Assembly (NCBI GenBank): GCA_001179505.1
Contig: CDMY01000645.1
Coordinates: 1-37,368, forward strand
Source: Vitrella brassicaformis CCMP3155
Taxonomy: Eukaryota; Protista; Chromerida
Length of the DNA stretch: 37,368 nt
Direction of reading: 5' to 3'
The translations under genes and the position numbers were made by a program. This document shows, in pieces, positions 1 to 10,571 of this stretch. Numbering within the stretch: the stretch's first letter is position 1; each line of letters opens with the position of its first letter. The notes below the pieces were generated by a model, which searched no databases, was not told the origin of the DNA, and worked only from the letters and a program-made list of their open reading frames with translations.

Positions 1-386
1 AGTTTGATGGTGAGTATGACTTCATATATGAGTTGCATGAGATGGAGCAGTGGGTGCTTGACGCTGACTTGTCAGACTAGCACCCACTGCTCCATGGGAA
101 GGGCAGATAGGCCTTGTGCATGCATTCTGCATGTGCCTGTTGCCTGTTTGGTGTGTGCTGTGGACAGAGAAGATGCCTGGTTGCGCCGGAAGGTAGCGCC
201 GGGCTTAGGGACAGGTGTCTCGTCAAACCCTTAACCAACCAACCAACTAGTATTGTGCCGGCCGCCTTCGGCGGCCGTGGATCCCGAGGAGCTCAAGCTG
301 GAGCGGGCAAAGTAATAAGGTTGACAACGCCACCTCGGCGCACGTCTTTATAGGTTCTGCAACAGAAGCCTGAAGCCGCTCGGTTG

Positions 387-406
387 GGGTTCAGGGTTTA
401 GGGTTT
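387..406 (+). repeat. Interstitial telomere-like repeat GGGTTCA-GGGTTTA-GGGTTT
   Basis: Read directly from the sequence; matches the TT(T/C)AGGG telomere type; only about 3 units. Confidence 0.5.
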
Positions 407-532
407 GAATGTCCCATTGGCCCAGATCTTGATCGAATTGCACTATGCTCGCGAGATACTGTGCCGCGCGACTCGAGAAGCGCACCTTTCGAACCACCAG
501 CGGGCGCTTGACATCGCCATGAGGCCGAAAAG

Positions 533-562
533 GAAACCCTAAATGTGCACCTTTAGGGTTTC
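533..562. repeat. 30-bp near-perfect palindrome built from telomere-like arms (GAAACCCTAAA-t-GTGCAC-c-TTTAGGGTTTC)
   Basis: 533-543 is the exact reverse complement of 552-562; the central GTGCAC is itself palindromic; one mismatch (544/551). Confidence 0.8.
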
Positions 563-605
563 TTCCGTCGTTAGCTAGTGGGGAGATCGACATCCGTTGG
601 GACAG

Positions 606-2108
606 GTGAAGCATGGCTCGTCGGTGGTCAGCTTTTTCTACCCGCCACTTGAGGAGGAAATCACCATCTTCTGGTCAGTCTGCTGCCCTCTCGTCGTGTA
701 CGTACACGGAAATGCACTTTGTGTGTCTGTGTGTGTGAACAGGAACGAGATATTCGTGGACGGAGAGCTGAAGGATCCCGACGGCACAGAGGACTTTGGG
801 TATCTGCAGTACCAAGGGAAGCAGTTTGTCGCCGTGTCGTAAGCAAGCCAAGCCAGAACGCACACCTGCCTGCCTGCCTGCCTTAATTGCGCCTTCCGTG
901 TTCCTTGTCGGTCCGTGCAGCTTTCACTTCCACTCCCGGTCGGAACACACGTTCGACGGCAAACAGTTCCCCCTGGAGATGCACATAGTGCACGTGCGAA
1001 CCGACAATGATCAAACCCTGCGTGAGTAGCCCACCGAATGACTGCTTTGCTGCTTTACTGCCTTTGGTCTATCCTTCTCTGTGTGTCTACTGACTGGCAG
1101 CTGAGTTTGCGGTTCTTGGTTTTCTGTTCGCGGAAGGCCCGACGAGAAATCGATTCCTCGCGTCTCTCGGTGAGCACTTTGGACTTTCGGATGCAGAACG
1201 ATTTCCATGTGATGTGTGCACACGGATGTTATTGGATGAATATGCAGAGAACCCAGATGGCGAGCCCAGGCTCCCTTCAGCCGACGAGCCAGACGTCATG
1301 TATACAGTCGACTCTGACCTCTCCGAGGTACCATGTACCAGAAGGCAAAGTTCTTCAGATACACACACAAAGGGAGACGCGCAAGGAGCGCGAATGAAGT
1401 GCTCTTCTTTCTCTCTGTCTCTCTGTCTCTCTCTCTTTCCTCTCACTCTCAATAGCTCGGCCAATTTGCCGCGGATTCCAGGATCTTCCATTACCCGGGC
1501 AGCCTGACGACGCCCCCCTGCACGCAGGCAAGCCACTAACTATCGCAGCGGATTTCACCTCACTTGGTTGGTGCAGCCACCCTCTCTTTCTCTTTACCTG
1601 CTTGTCAGGCCGTGAATTGGTTTGTGGTTCAGAAGCCCTTGCTGGCGAAGAAAGAGCAGCTCGACTTGTGGGTGAAGGCCAACCTCAACGGAAACAGCTT
1701 CAGATTGACACAAAACCCCGAGTCGTTCGAAGGACAGGTGAGCGATTCACGGCAGGCACTTTCTTTGAGGAAGGCTTCGCATGTCGCGTTGTGCGGTAGT
1801 GTGGGTGTTGATTCATTCAGACGACGCAGAGGAACGAGCTGGTGGACAGGTTTGGAGTCCTGAAGATCCATGCCGACTTTGTGCCGTCACTGATACCGGT
1901 TGACAGAGGAAGCATCCCAGTCAGTCCCGTGTTCCCTGACGAGATGCGAGACGCCGTCATGATGGCGTTGTACCGAGCTGAGAAAAGGAGACAGCATGCA
2001 GATGCCATCTTGCAGACAGCAGAGAGAGAGCGACACGACCCACTGGAGAAGTTGAAGGACCTTTTCATCAGCTCGATTGGCGGAGGGAACCTGGCAGGAC
2101 TGAACTGA
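606..2108 (+). CDS. Alpha-class carbonic anhydrase (multi-exon; 5' end unresolved and probably upstream, possibly before position 1)
   Basis: Phase-consistent exons 606-673, 743-838, 921-1021, 1101-1169, 1248-1327, 1456-1527, 1609-1737, 1821-2108. They encode FHFHSRSEHTFDGKQFPLEMHIVH (three Zn-ligand His), FAVLGFLF, HYPGSLTTPPCTQAVNWFV and NSFRLTQ, all diagnostic alpha-CA motifs. Intron 1528-1608 is GC-AG. Confidence 0.93.
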
Positions 2109-3162
2109 CAGAGGGATGCGTGTTTGTTGGGTGCGTGGGTGCGTGGGTAGCCGGCCAAGGCTCATCGGCTGGTGGTTCGTTCCATTCATGACTTGGCTAA
2201 GTGAGTGAGTGCCTTTTTGTGTGTGTGTGTGTCTGTGTGTGTGTCTCTGCATTGATATGTGATAATTTGGACTGTAGTGAGTTTTTGCCGTGGGGGTTGT
2301 TTTGGGCTTCAGCAAGGCCCGTAGCATGCGTACGTACGTAATGCTGTGTCTGATTGCCTTGCTGCTCGATCATTCGTTCATACGTTCATTCATTCAGTCA
2401 CATCCGTGTGCCGCATTTATCGTCTTGCTGTCCATTTGGCCACAAAGACAGACAGAATGGGCCCACAGTGATGACGGCTGCGTGTGTGTGTGTGGGTCGA
2501 TGGAATGACGTCCCCCTGTGTGTGTTTACGCACGTGTTTAAATTGCGTGCGCTGGTTCGCCTTCATGTACGTGTGATGTCTTGTGTCGTGTTGTGTTGTG
2601 TTGTGGGTGTGTTGTGTCTGTCTGTGTGACCCGGTCACTGGTGTGCTCCCAAACGCGAGCGACTGACTGACGGGTCGACATGACGAGACATCACTTGATC
2701 ATGATGGGGGCGGGTCAAAGGATGGATGGATGGATGGATCAGCACACACAGATTGGAACGGTATCCTTCACACCGTCCTTTCAACAAGTGAATTGATCGG
2801 TGTTCAATTCAATCAGCGATTGTGTCGGAATGAATTAGCCATTCTGTCTGTCTGTCTGTCTGTCTGCCTTGGCACGCAGGATGCCTGGAGGAAAAACCCC
2901 ACTCGCCCACCGTCTCACTTGGAGGCGTGCGTCTGGCCCGCCGGCCAGCAGCAATCCATGCATGCCTACAGACTGCCAGCGAGGCTCGGCTCTCATTGGT
3001 TGAATATCATACATAGACGCGTGCATGACATGTCATCGAACGCCACTGTGTTCCATGCCATCGATTCCACTCAGCCATCGACACCACCACGTACTTGTGT
3101 GTTTCCCTCCCTGTCCGTCTGGCTCTGGCTATGGCGGCTGGAGGTATCTGAAAGAGGACGAA

Positions 3163-4628
3163 TTAGCATCCCGCGAGTCGGGTGATGAGGTGCAGGGTCG
3201 ACTCTTTCTGAATGCTGTAATCAGACAACATACGGCCGTCCTCCAGCTGCCTGCAACACACACACACCAGTGGGTGGGGGCCGCACACAGAGTGTGGTGA
3301 ATGGACGGACACGTGTGTGTGCAGTTGTAAGGTTGTCTGCCTGGGTCGGTCGTCACTTACTGACCGGCCTGCGAAGATGAGTCGCTGCTGGTCGACGGGT
3401 ATCCCTTCACCCCGCTGGATGGCCTGCTTGAACGTCTCAATGGTGGCCTCTGCACACGCCTCCACGGTGATGGTCTTGCCTGCACACGACAACCATCCAT
3501 CCATCCATCCATGGCGGACAGACTTTTGTCAGTCAGTGGCATTCAGTGGTTGACCGGTGAGTGTCTTGACGAACAGGACCATGTATGACTTGGCACGGTC
3601 CTTCAGGCTGCACACATCCACACACAACAGCCCCGCTCCTTATTGTTCGTATCCCTCTATGCCTCTCTCTCTGTCTGTCTGTCTGTCTGTCTGCTGCGTA
3701 CTGTTGCTCTTGAGGGAGTAGTACGTCGGTGGAGATGCGGCTGCTCTCGGGGGCCGGCTCCCAACCAGGCAAAGGCAGCTGCGACGGCTCCGGACTGACA
3801 ACACCCAACCGAACACAGACAGACACGTGGTGAGTGCTCTTCGGTCGTCTGTTTTGTCCGTGTCCCCGTGCTCACCCGCCGTCGTAGTCATATCCAAATG
3901 TCTGGAGGAAGTTGCCCAGTGCATCGCGGCGTCTGCTCTCCTTGACGTCATGGCTATCGTACTCGCCCATCGGATCACTGCACACATACACACATGCATA
4001 CATAGTGATTGACTGCACGGGATGGAGGGATGGCATGTAGGACTGTGGTATGACGGGTTCGATGCCGACGATGCGCGAGAGCGACATGTACAGCACCGGA
4101 TCGACCAGCACAGAGTGCCACACGAGATCAATGTGAGGAGGCACCGACAAACGGCACTGACGGTCATTCTCCTCGCCCTTCTGTTCGCAATCAACACACA
4201 CCCAACAGCAGTCAGAAAGCAGCACACAGCGGCGATCAAATGAAATGCCCCACATTGCTAAACGTACGAGCATCATGAACAGCAAAAAGTCCCGGACAGC
4301 CACGGGCGCCTGGGCGGCGTCAAAGAGGCCCTCCTGTGTGAGGCGGTAGATGACCTCGGACCACTTGAGTGTCTGGATTTCATCCCACAAACACACCAGG
4401 TGCTGTAGGTAACACAGGCACACCACACACGACGCCAAAGAAACGGCTCTTGCTGCACAGCTGTCACCCGCCACTTTGTTCTTCCTGAGTTACCTCTGGC
4501 AGGTCGTGTTCGAGGGCAGCCACACGCTGAGGCCTCCCAGCCATCTCAATCACGCCCCAGAGAGTTCCAAAAGCTTCCTCCAGACTGCGAGCTGCAGAGC
4601 GGAGCCGGAGGGATTCGGTCGAACTCAT
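3163..4628 (-). CDS. GRDP/DUF1399-like domain protein with C-terminal ubiquitin-like domain
   Basis: Seven exons joined in phase. The N-terminal part has [11 protein letters not shown]...[20 protein letters not shown]...NFLQTFGY, resembling the GRDP/DUF1399 P-x-x-[IV]D-x-x-WH motif. The C-terminal part (3163-3582) is [76 protein letters not shown], clearly ubiquitin-like. Start may be 4628 or 4544. Confidence 0.82.
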
Positions 4629-5331
4629 TGCATCGTTGGAATGAATCATGTGGAAGTACATTGACTCATAGCGCAACGGCAGGCAGAGTCGGTCTCTCAT
4701 GCAATGAACTGTGTCGATCGACAACCCCTCAAATCAGGCGGAGTGAATCATCCATTCATTGACCATTGCAACACGCACACGCCCCCGCAGGTGTCCGTAG
4801 GAAGAGTCCCCTGCATGCCACCAAGTACGAAGCCGTCTGGCTTGTGTTGCGCTGTCGTGTGAGAGAGGCCTGGTGACTGTATGTACTGTCTATCCGTCAG
4901 GGAGGTCAGGTGGGTGTCCCGGCCAAGTCGGTGGGTGCACCCATTCATTAACTAGTGGCTGCACTGCACTGCCTGGTGTGACTGACACCCTACACGTGCC
5001 CTCACCAGACCCCTCACCTCACGCACACACGAGACTGACATCATACCACAGCCCATGGACCGAGACAGACACAAGGAACTCGCTCGGGAGACCGGCATCT
5101 CATCGCATCACACACACACATACATGCAATGCAACGCAACGCAACGGATGGATGGATGGCCCTCCATCAGTGCATTGCATTCACCGTCTGGGCAACATGC
5201 TTACGATACCCACTCGTTTTGTCGAATTAATTAGCCACTGCGTCTGTCTCCCTTGCTGTCTGTCTGTCTGGCTGCCTGTCTGTGCGCTGGTCAGGCGAAT
5301 TAAACTTCCTGCCAGCTGCAGGTACATCACA

Positions 5332-8274
5332 TCACTGGAACGCATTGGCGGTGGCCTGATAGATGACGCCGGGTCGCGGGGGACCATCCACAACACCTGC
5401 GCACCAACAGTCACACGCATCGATGCCCGAACTAACTTGTGCTCCTGTGTTGTCATGGTAACTCGCTCACACTTGAGCGTAGGTACCTTCATGCTGCATG
5501 GTGGCAGGGTTGAACTGCTGCTGGTGTGGCTGCTGCGTGGGGTGTGGCTGTGGCTGGGGGCCGAACAGGGATGAGGAGTCGTGCTGTGACTGCGACGAAC
5601 TGGGCGGGCCAAACAGGTCACTGGGCACTGAAAGGGAGTGAACACAGAACGACGCAGGCGGTTTGGTCTATGTCTATCTATCTGTCTGTATGTATGTATG
5701 TATGTGTTGTCGTGTCATTGATTAGCAGATCCGCCTCACCTAGGTTGTGCTGTTGGTGCTGTCCGAATATCTGCTTCGGATCCGCCGCGGGAGGCACCGG
5801 GGCGACAGGCGCCTGGGGCACGCATTGCAACACAATATAACACAACACCCATACTATATACGTATGAATGCACCGACCATATGGTGTTGTCTGTCTGTTG
5901 TTCTGCCCTCAGCCCACCCACCCTCCTACCCACTCACTCACCTGTGGCTGGTACATGTAATGGTGCTGGTGGTGGTGTATCATTGGCCCCTTCTGGACGT
6001 CCATCCTGGCATTGCCCCTCTCCCTCTCGTCCCCTGCGGCGTAGGCGTACCCCTGCTGCCTCTTCTCCTCACTGGGGCTGCTGGATATGGTGCTGCTCGT
6101 GTCCACATGCACCCCGTTGGCCTTGGCGGGCACTCCATTGAGGTCACTAGTCTGCGACGGGACGGTAGGGGCAGCCTGAGGAGGGGGCGGGGGAGGGGGC
6201 GGCTGGGGGGGCGGTGCAGTGGATGTGTTTGCGGAGGCATACGCTGCCATCTGCGGACCTTCCTGTGGCTGGGCGGCTGGTGGAGGGGACGGTCTCGGCG
6301 GTGCACCCTGGGCACCGACACCACCATGAAGATCTGCCAACAGAGCCATGAACCCAAAAGGAAAGACACCTTTGTAAGAAGTCGACGTGTATGTTGTGCG
6401 ACACGCACTCACACACTAACTCACTCACCTGTGGCCCCCCCAGCGGCCTGTTGTGGGTAGCCCATCTGTTGCGGGGGTGGCCCATACTGGTGGTGGTGCT
6501 GTTGCTGTTGCTGAGGGGCATACCCATACCCACCCTGGTAACCCACCTGAGGCCCCTGCTGCTGCTGCTGGTGGTGCTGGTGGTGCTGGTATGCACCATA
6601 TGGCTGCTGGGGGGGATAGCCGTACGCAGCCTGGGGATGCTGCTGCTGCTGCTGGTGCTGCTGCTGCATGGACTCGGTGGCCCCTGGCTGTGCATACGGT
6701 GGTGGCGCATTCTGCCCTGCCGCTGCGTTGGCGGCAACATACTGCTGTGGTGGTGGGGCTTCCGGCACCTGGTCGAGAGAGAATCGAGACAGACACCGCA
6801 CAAACAAACACATGTCCATTGCTCCGTGCGTTTGTGGCGCGCGACCGTTCCTTGGTTACCTTGTGGGGGTGTTGTGGTGGTGGTGGCTGCATCTGTGGTG
6901 GGGTGGGGTACGTCTGTTGCTGCGGCTGTTGCTGCTGTTGTATTTGCGGGGTTTGTGGCTGTGCGGGCATGCTGCGGGGGGGCGGGATGCGGTGCAGCAG
7001 ACCTGTCCCGATGTCACACCCAATGCTGGGCCACGATAGAGAAAGAGGAAGCAAAGATGAGTGCGGCAGGTAGGGACGTGTGCCATGGGGTACCTGCCGT
7101 CCCCTCCCCAGTTGTGGTTAGGGGTGAGAATGACCTCTCGGATGGTCTCGACATCGCTGTTGTAGACGTACACCGCCACCGGCTTGTTGAGGTAGTAGTT
7201 GACCGTCTCAACCAGCTCATCCAAATCCTTAAACATCACCTGCAATCAACCCACAACCAATCAACCATACACACACCACACGAATCTCTTCGTGCTTTTC
7301 TCCCTCCCTCCCTCTGTCCATCCCTCTGTCCCTGTCTGTCTGTCTATCTGTCTGTCTGTCTGTCAGTGAGTCAGTCAGTGAGTCAGTCAGGTGTCGTACG
7401 TCTGATGTTCCGAGCAGCCAGTCCTTGTAGGGGACGAGGCCGGCCGCTGCAGCGGGCGATCGTGGAAAAATGTCGAGCACCCTGACCCCCTGGTTCTCGC
7501 AGTTCTCGAACGTGTCGTACCGCACCGTCGCGCCCAGCAGCCCCTGGCCGCCCCACTTGCTCGGTATCACATACACATCTGTGACGTGCACAAACAACAA
7601 ACAAAAACAAACAAACGAACATTCAGTGATTGCACCGTGGATGGAATGTGGGTCTATCATCTGTGTGTATGTGTGCCTACCTCTGACGTTCCTGCATCTG
7701 CAGTTGTAGACGGCGAGTTTGATCTGCCTCCCCTCCGACTCCTGCAGGGAATGAGTGGGAATGGATCCACAGGTGCCGATAACGACATATGCACACCGCA
7801 CCCTCCCCTCCCCCGTGTCGTGTCGTTGGCGTGTGGTGGCCGAATGAACTGGAGCTGCTTGGCTGACTGACTCCCTGACTGACTGACTCCCTGACTGACT
7901 GACCATGATTTTGTTGAAGAAGACCGTCTGGTCAGGCACCTGCACACATCGATGGAGCTTAGGCAGACACAGTATTCAATGTCCGCCGTTCATCGCCCCT
8001 TACTGACCATCTGCAAGCCGTCCACCTCAGTGATGAAATCGAAAAACACCTCCAGACCCGCGCGCTCTGCACACACACCCAAAGCACAAACGCACTGCGC
8101 CGTGTGTCGGTGGGAGGTAGGTGTTATCTTTCTCTGCGTGCCTGCGGGGCTGTGGCGGCACACTTTGAAGATGCGGAAACCTGCACACATTATACGGCAG
8201 AAACATGGAGAGGGCAGAGCACATCAGATCTGTCCACCTCAATCACCTCCAGGCGCTGACTGGGAACCGCCCAT
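5332..8274 (-). CDS. GRASP: Golgi reassembly-stacking protein (GRASP55/65 family) with long Q/P/G/Y-rich tail
   Basis: Starts MGGSQS (N-myristoylation consensus). Tandem PDZ-like GRASP domain: [116 protein letters not shown]. About 12 exons; the final exons and the stop at 5332-5334 are less certain. Confidence 0.95.
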
Positions 8275-8454
8275 CTCGCCGCTTTCGACGCACACTAGGC
8301 CTACAGACGCCTCTTCTTGCACGACGCTTCTCGGGTGTGGCCAATGGCGAGCTTTTGCGAGCTCCAGAGTGCTTCGCACTCCAAAACCGCTCCCTCGCTT
8401 CGCATTCAGCCTCTCTCTCATCTGATCGTTCTTTTGCCGTATCAGATCTGTGAA
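8275..8454. promoter_or_regulatory. Putative bidirectional promoter GRASP/CSP41b (180 nt)
   Basis: Between divergent ATGs at 8274(-) and 8455(+). Contains GCGAGCT twice (8347-8353 and 8357-8363; TGCGAGCT at 8356-8363), CCAAT at 8341 and the small inverted repeat GAGTGC-ttc-GCACTC at 8367-8381. Confidence 0.7.
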
Positions 8455-9977
8455 ATGAAGTCGGTGGCAGCGCTGTGGTCCATGGCCCTCTGTGGCCATT
8501 GGCTCTGTGGCTCATCCCTGGCTTTCCTGCCGCCCTCCCCGCTCTCCAGCTCCCCTCTGCACCGCCTGAGAGCCAAGCACCGTCCCTCTGCAACCCTGAG
8601 GATGGCGGCGGACCAGCCGATGAAGGTGCTGCTCATCGGCGGCTCCCGCTTCTCGGGCCTCTATCTGTGGCGTGAGCTGCTGGACCGCGGTCATGACGTG
8701 ACGGTGTTCAACCGTGGCAAGACGGCCCTGCGGCCCATCCCGGGCGAGAGCGCCTCGGAGTTCGAGCGGCGCAAGAGCAGCACCAAGTTTGTCACGGGCG
8801 ACCGCAAGAACCTGGCCGACCTGCGCCAGGTGGCGTCGATGCAGTTCGACGCCATCTTCGACATGAATGGCCGTGAGGTGGATGAGACCAAGATGCTCGT
8901 GGACCTCTTCCCCAACCGCCTCAAGCACTACGTGTACATGAGCAGTGCGGGCGTGTACCTCAAGAGCGACGAGATGCCGCACCGGGAGGGCGATGCCGTG
9001 GACCCCAAGTGCCGCCACAAGGGCAAGCTCGACAGCGAGGAGTACCTCAGGTCCATCAACGCACCCTGGACATCCATCCGACCGACTTACATCTACGGTC
9101 CACTCAACTACAACCCGGTCGAGGAGTACTTCTTCGAGCGACTGGCGCAGAACCGGCCCGTGTGCATCCCCGGACATGGACAGCACCTCACCGGGCTCGG
9201 ACACGTCAGGGACCTCGCCAGGCAATTCGCTAACGTCCTCGGCAGGCCACACGCCGTCGGCAAGACCTACAACGCTGGCGTCAGTCAATCACGACACATT
9301 TAACGAACACATGAGCCACGCGACCCGACCCGGCAGGCAGAGAGCGATCGATGGAATCTGCATGTGTGGTGTGGTCAGGGTCTGGAGGCGGTGACGTTCG
9401 ACGGTGTGGCCAGGCTGTGTGCCGCGGCGATGGGCAAGGACCCGTCAAGGGTGGAGTTGGTGCACTACAACCCCAAGGACTTGGACTTCGGCAAGAAGAA
9501 GGCTTTCCCATTCAGACCACAACACTTCTTCACATCCATAGAGGTCCGCACCTGTGTCGGTCGTGTCACCCAGCGAGCCACACACGCACAAGGCATGGCA
9601 TACATCTCATCTCACCGTGTGATGCGATGCGATGCGATGCGATGCGATGCGTCGTGTCTTGTTGTGTCGGCGTCTGTCAGAATGCCATCCGTGATTTGGA
9701 TTGGCTGCCCGACTATGACAACCTCGAGGGCCTCAGGGACTCGTACCAAAACGACTTCGTGGTCAGTCTGACGGCATTGTTGGCGCACACCAGACACTTC
9801 ATTGTTTGCCTCACTGTGGTTGGTGCTTTGTCCATCCCTCCATCCCTCCATCGACGGATTGATTGATTGCTTGATCAGATCAAGCAGCGCGAGGGCAAGC
9901 TCAAGAACGACTTCGAGACCGACGACATCGTACTCGCAGCCGCAAAAAGAGACACGCGAGTCCCCACACTGGCGTAG
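8455..9977 (+). CDS. CSP41B: Plastid RNA-binding protein CSP41b (NAD-dependent epimerase/dehydratase fold), bipartite plastid-targeting leader
   Basis: [113 protein letters not shown] and [10 protein letters not shown]-terminus is a hydrophobic signal ending SLA-FLP, followed by a S/R/P-rich transit-like peptide. Four exons. Confidence 0.93.
9621..9650 (+). repeat. (GATGC)6 pentanucleotide microsatellite in a CSP41b intron
   Basis: Read directly from the sequence. Confidence 0.95.
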
Positions 9978-10571
9978 GTGGCTGACCACCTACATGATTG
10001 ATCTAACCTGTGTAAGTGACGTCCGAGCTGTGACAGTGCTTGCCTTTCATGTGTGTGTCCGTCCGTCCCATTTGGACGACTCAATGTATGTACAGAAAAA
10101 GGGGTGCAGGGGAGGGAGACGGGGAGAGAGGGAGGGAGAGAAGTTAGGCTTTCAACTGATTGATTGCTACATCTTGCTTACATCAGTTGAAAGAAAGTGG
10201 ATGGATGGATGGCTGGGAGTGCTTGAATGGAATTTTGATGCTGTCTGGGGAGGGGGGAGGGGGGGTTGCTGAGGCAATGAATTTTTCCGACCTCCAGGTA
10301 CCGAACGATTCGGACTGTTGTGACATGATTCAAGACAGCAACAGTCTGTCAACACACGACTAAGAAATAGGTCAGTCACTCGACTCCGTATCACCTTGAC
10401 CACCAAATCATGAACTCACCCAACAACACTACACTGACTGACTGACACAGTGAGTCCACAGGCACGAGGCTCCCTCCCTCCCTCCCTCACTTTAACAAGG
10501 CAAGCGAACGTCCACCCCGCAGCCCACCCCACAAGCCCTCCCTCTGTGCCCATTGCTTTGTTAGGAGATTG

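Noticed and set aside
2109-3162. Possible extra gene between the CA and GRDP-UBL genes
   Set aside because: Some plus-strand splice-like signals (for example an acceptor near 2879) but no coherent protein; best read as 3'UTR or intergenic sequence.
5747-7485. Long plus-strand ORFs (237, 218, 364, 206 aa)
   Set aside because: Antisense shadows of the CAG/CCA-rich GRASP exons; poly-Leu/Val/Ala translations with no splice or domain support.
8188-8190. In-frame ATG in GRASP intron 1 as an alternative N-terminus, like the second Plasmodium GRASP isoform
   Set aside because: Gives only MCAG before the domain, with neither a myristoylation Gly nor a hydrophobic anchor.
8512-9288. 258-aa minus-strand ORF
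   Set aside because: Antisense to the GC3-biased CSP41b exon, which naturally lacks reverse-strand stops.
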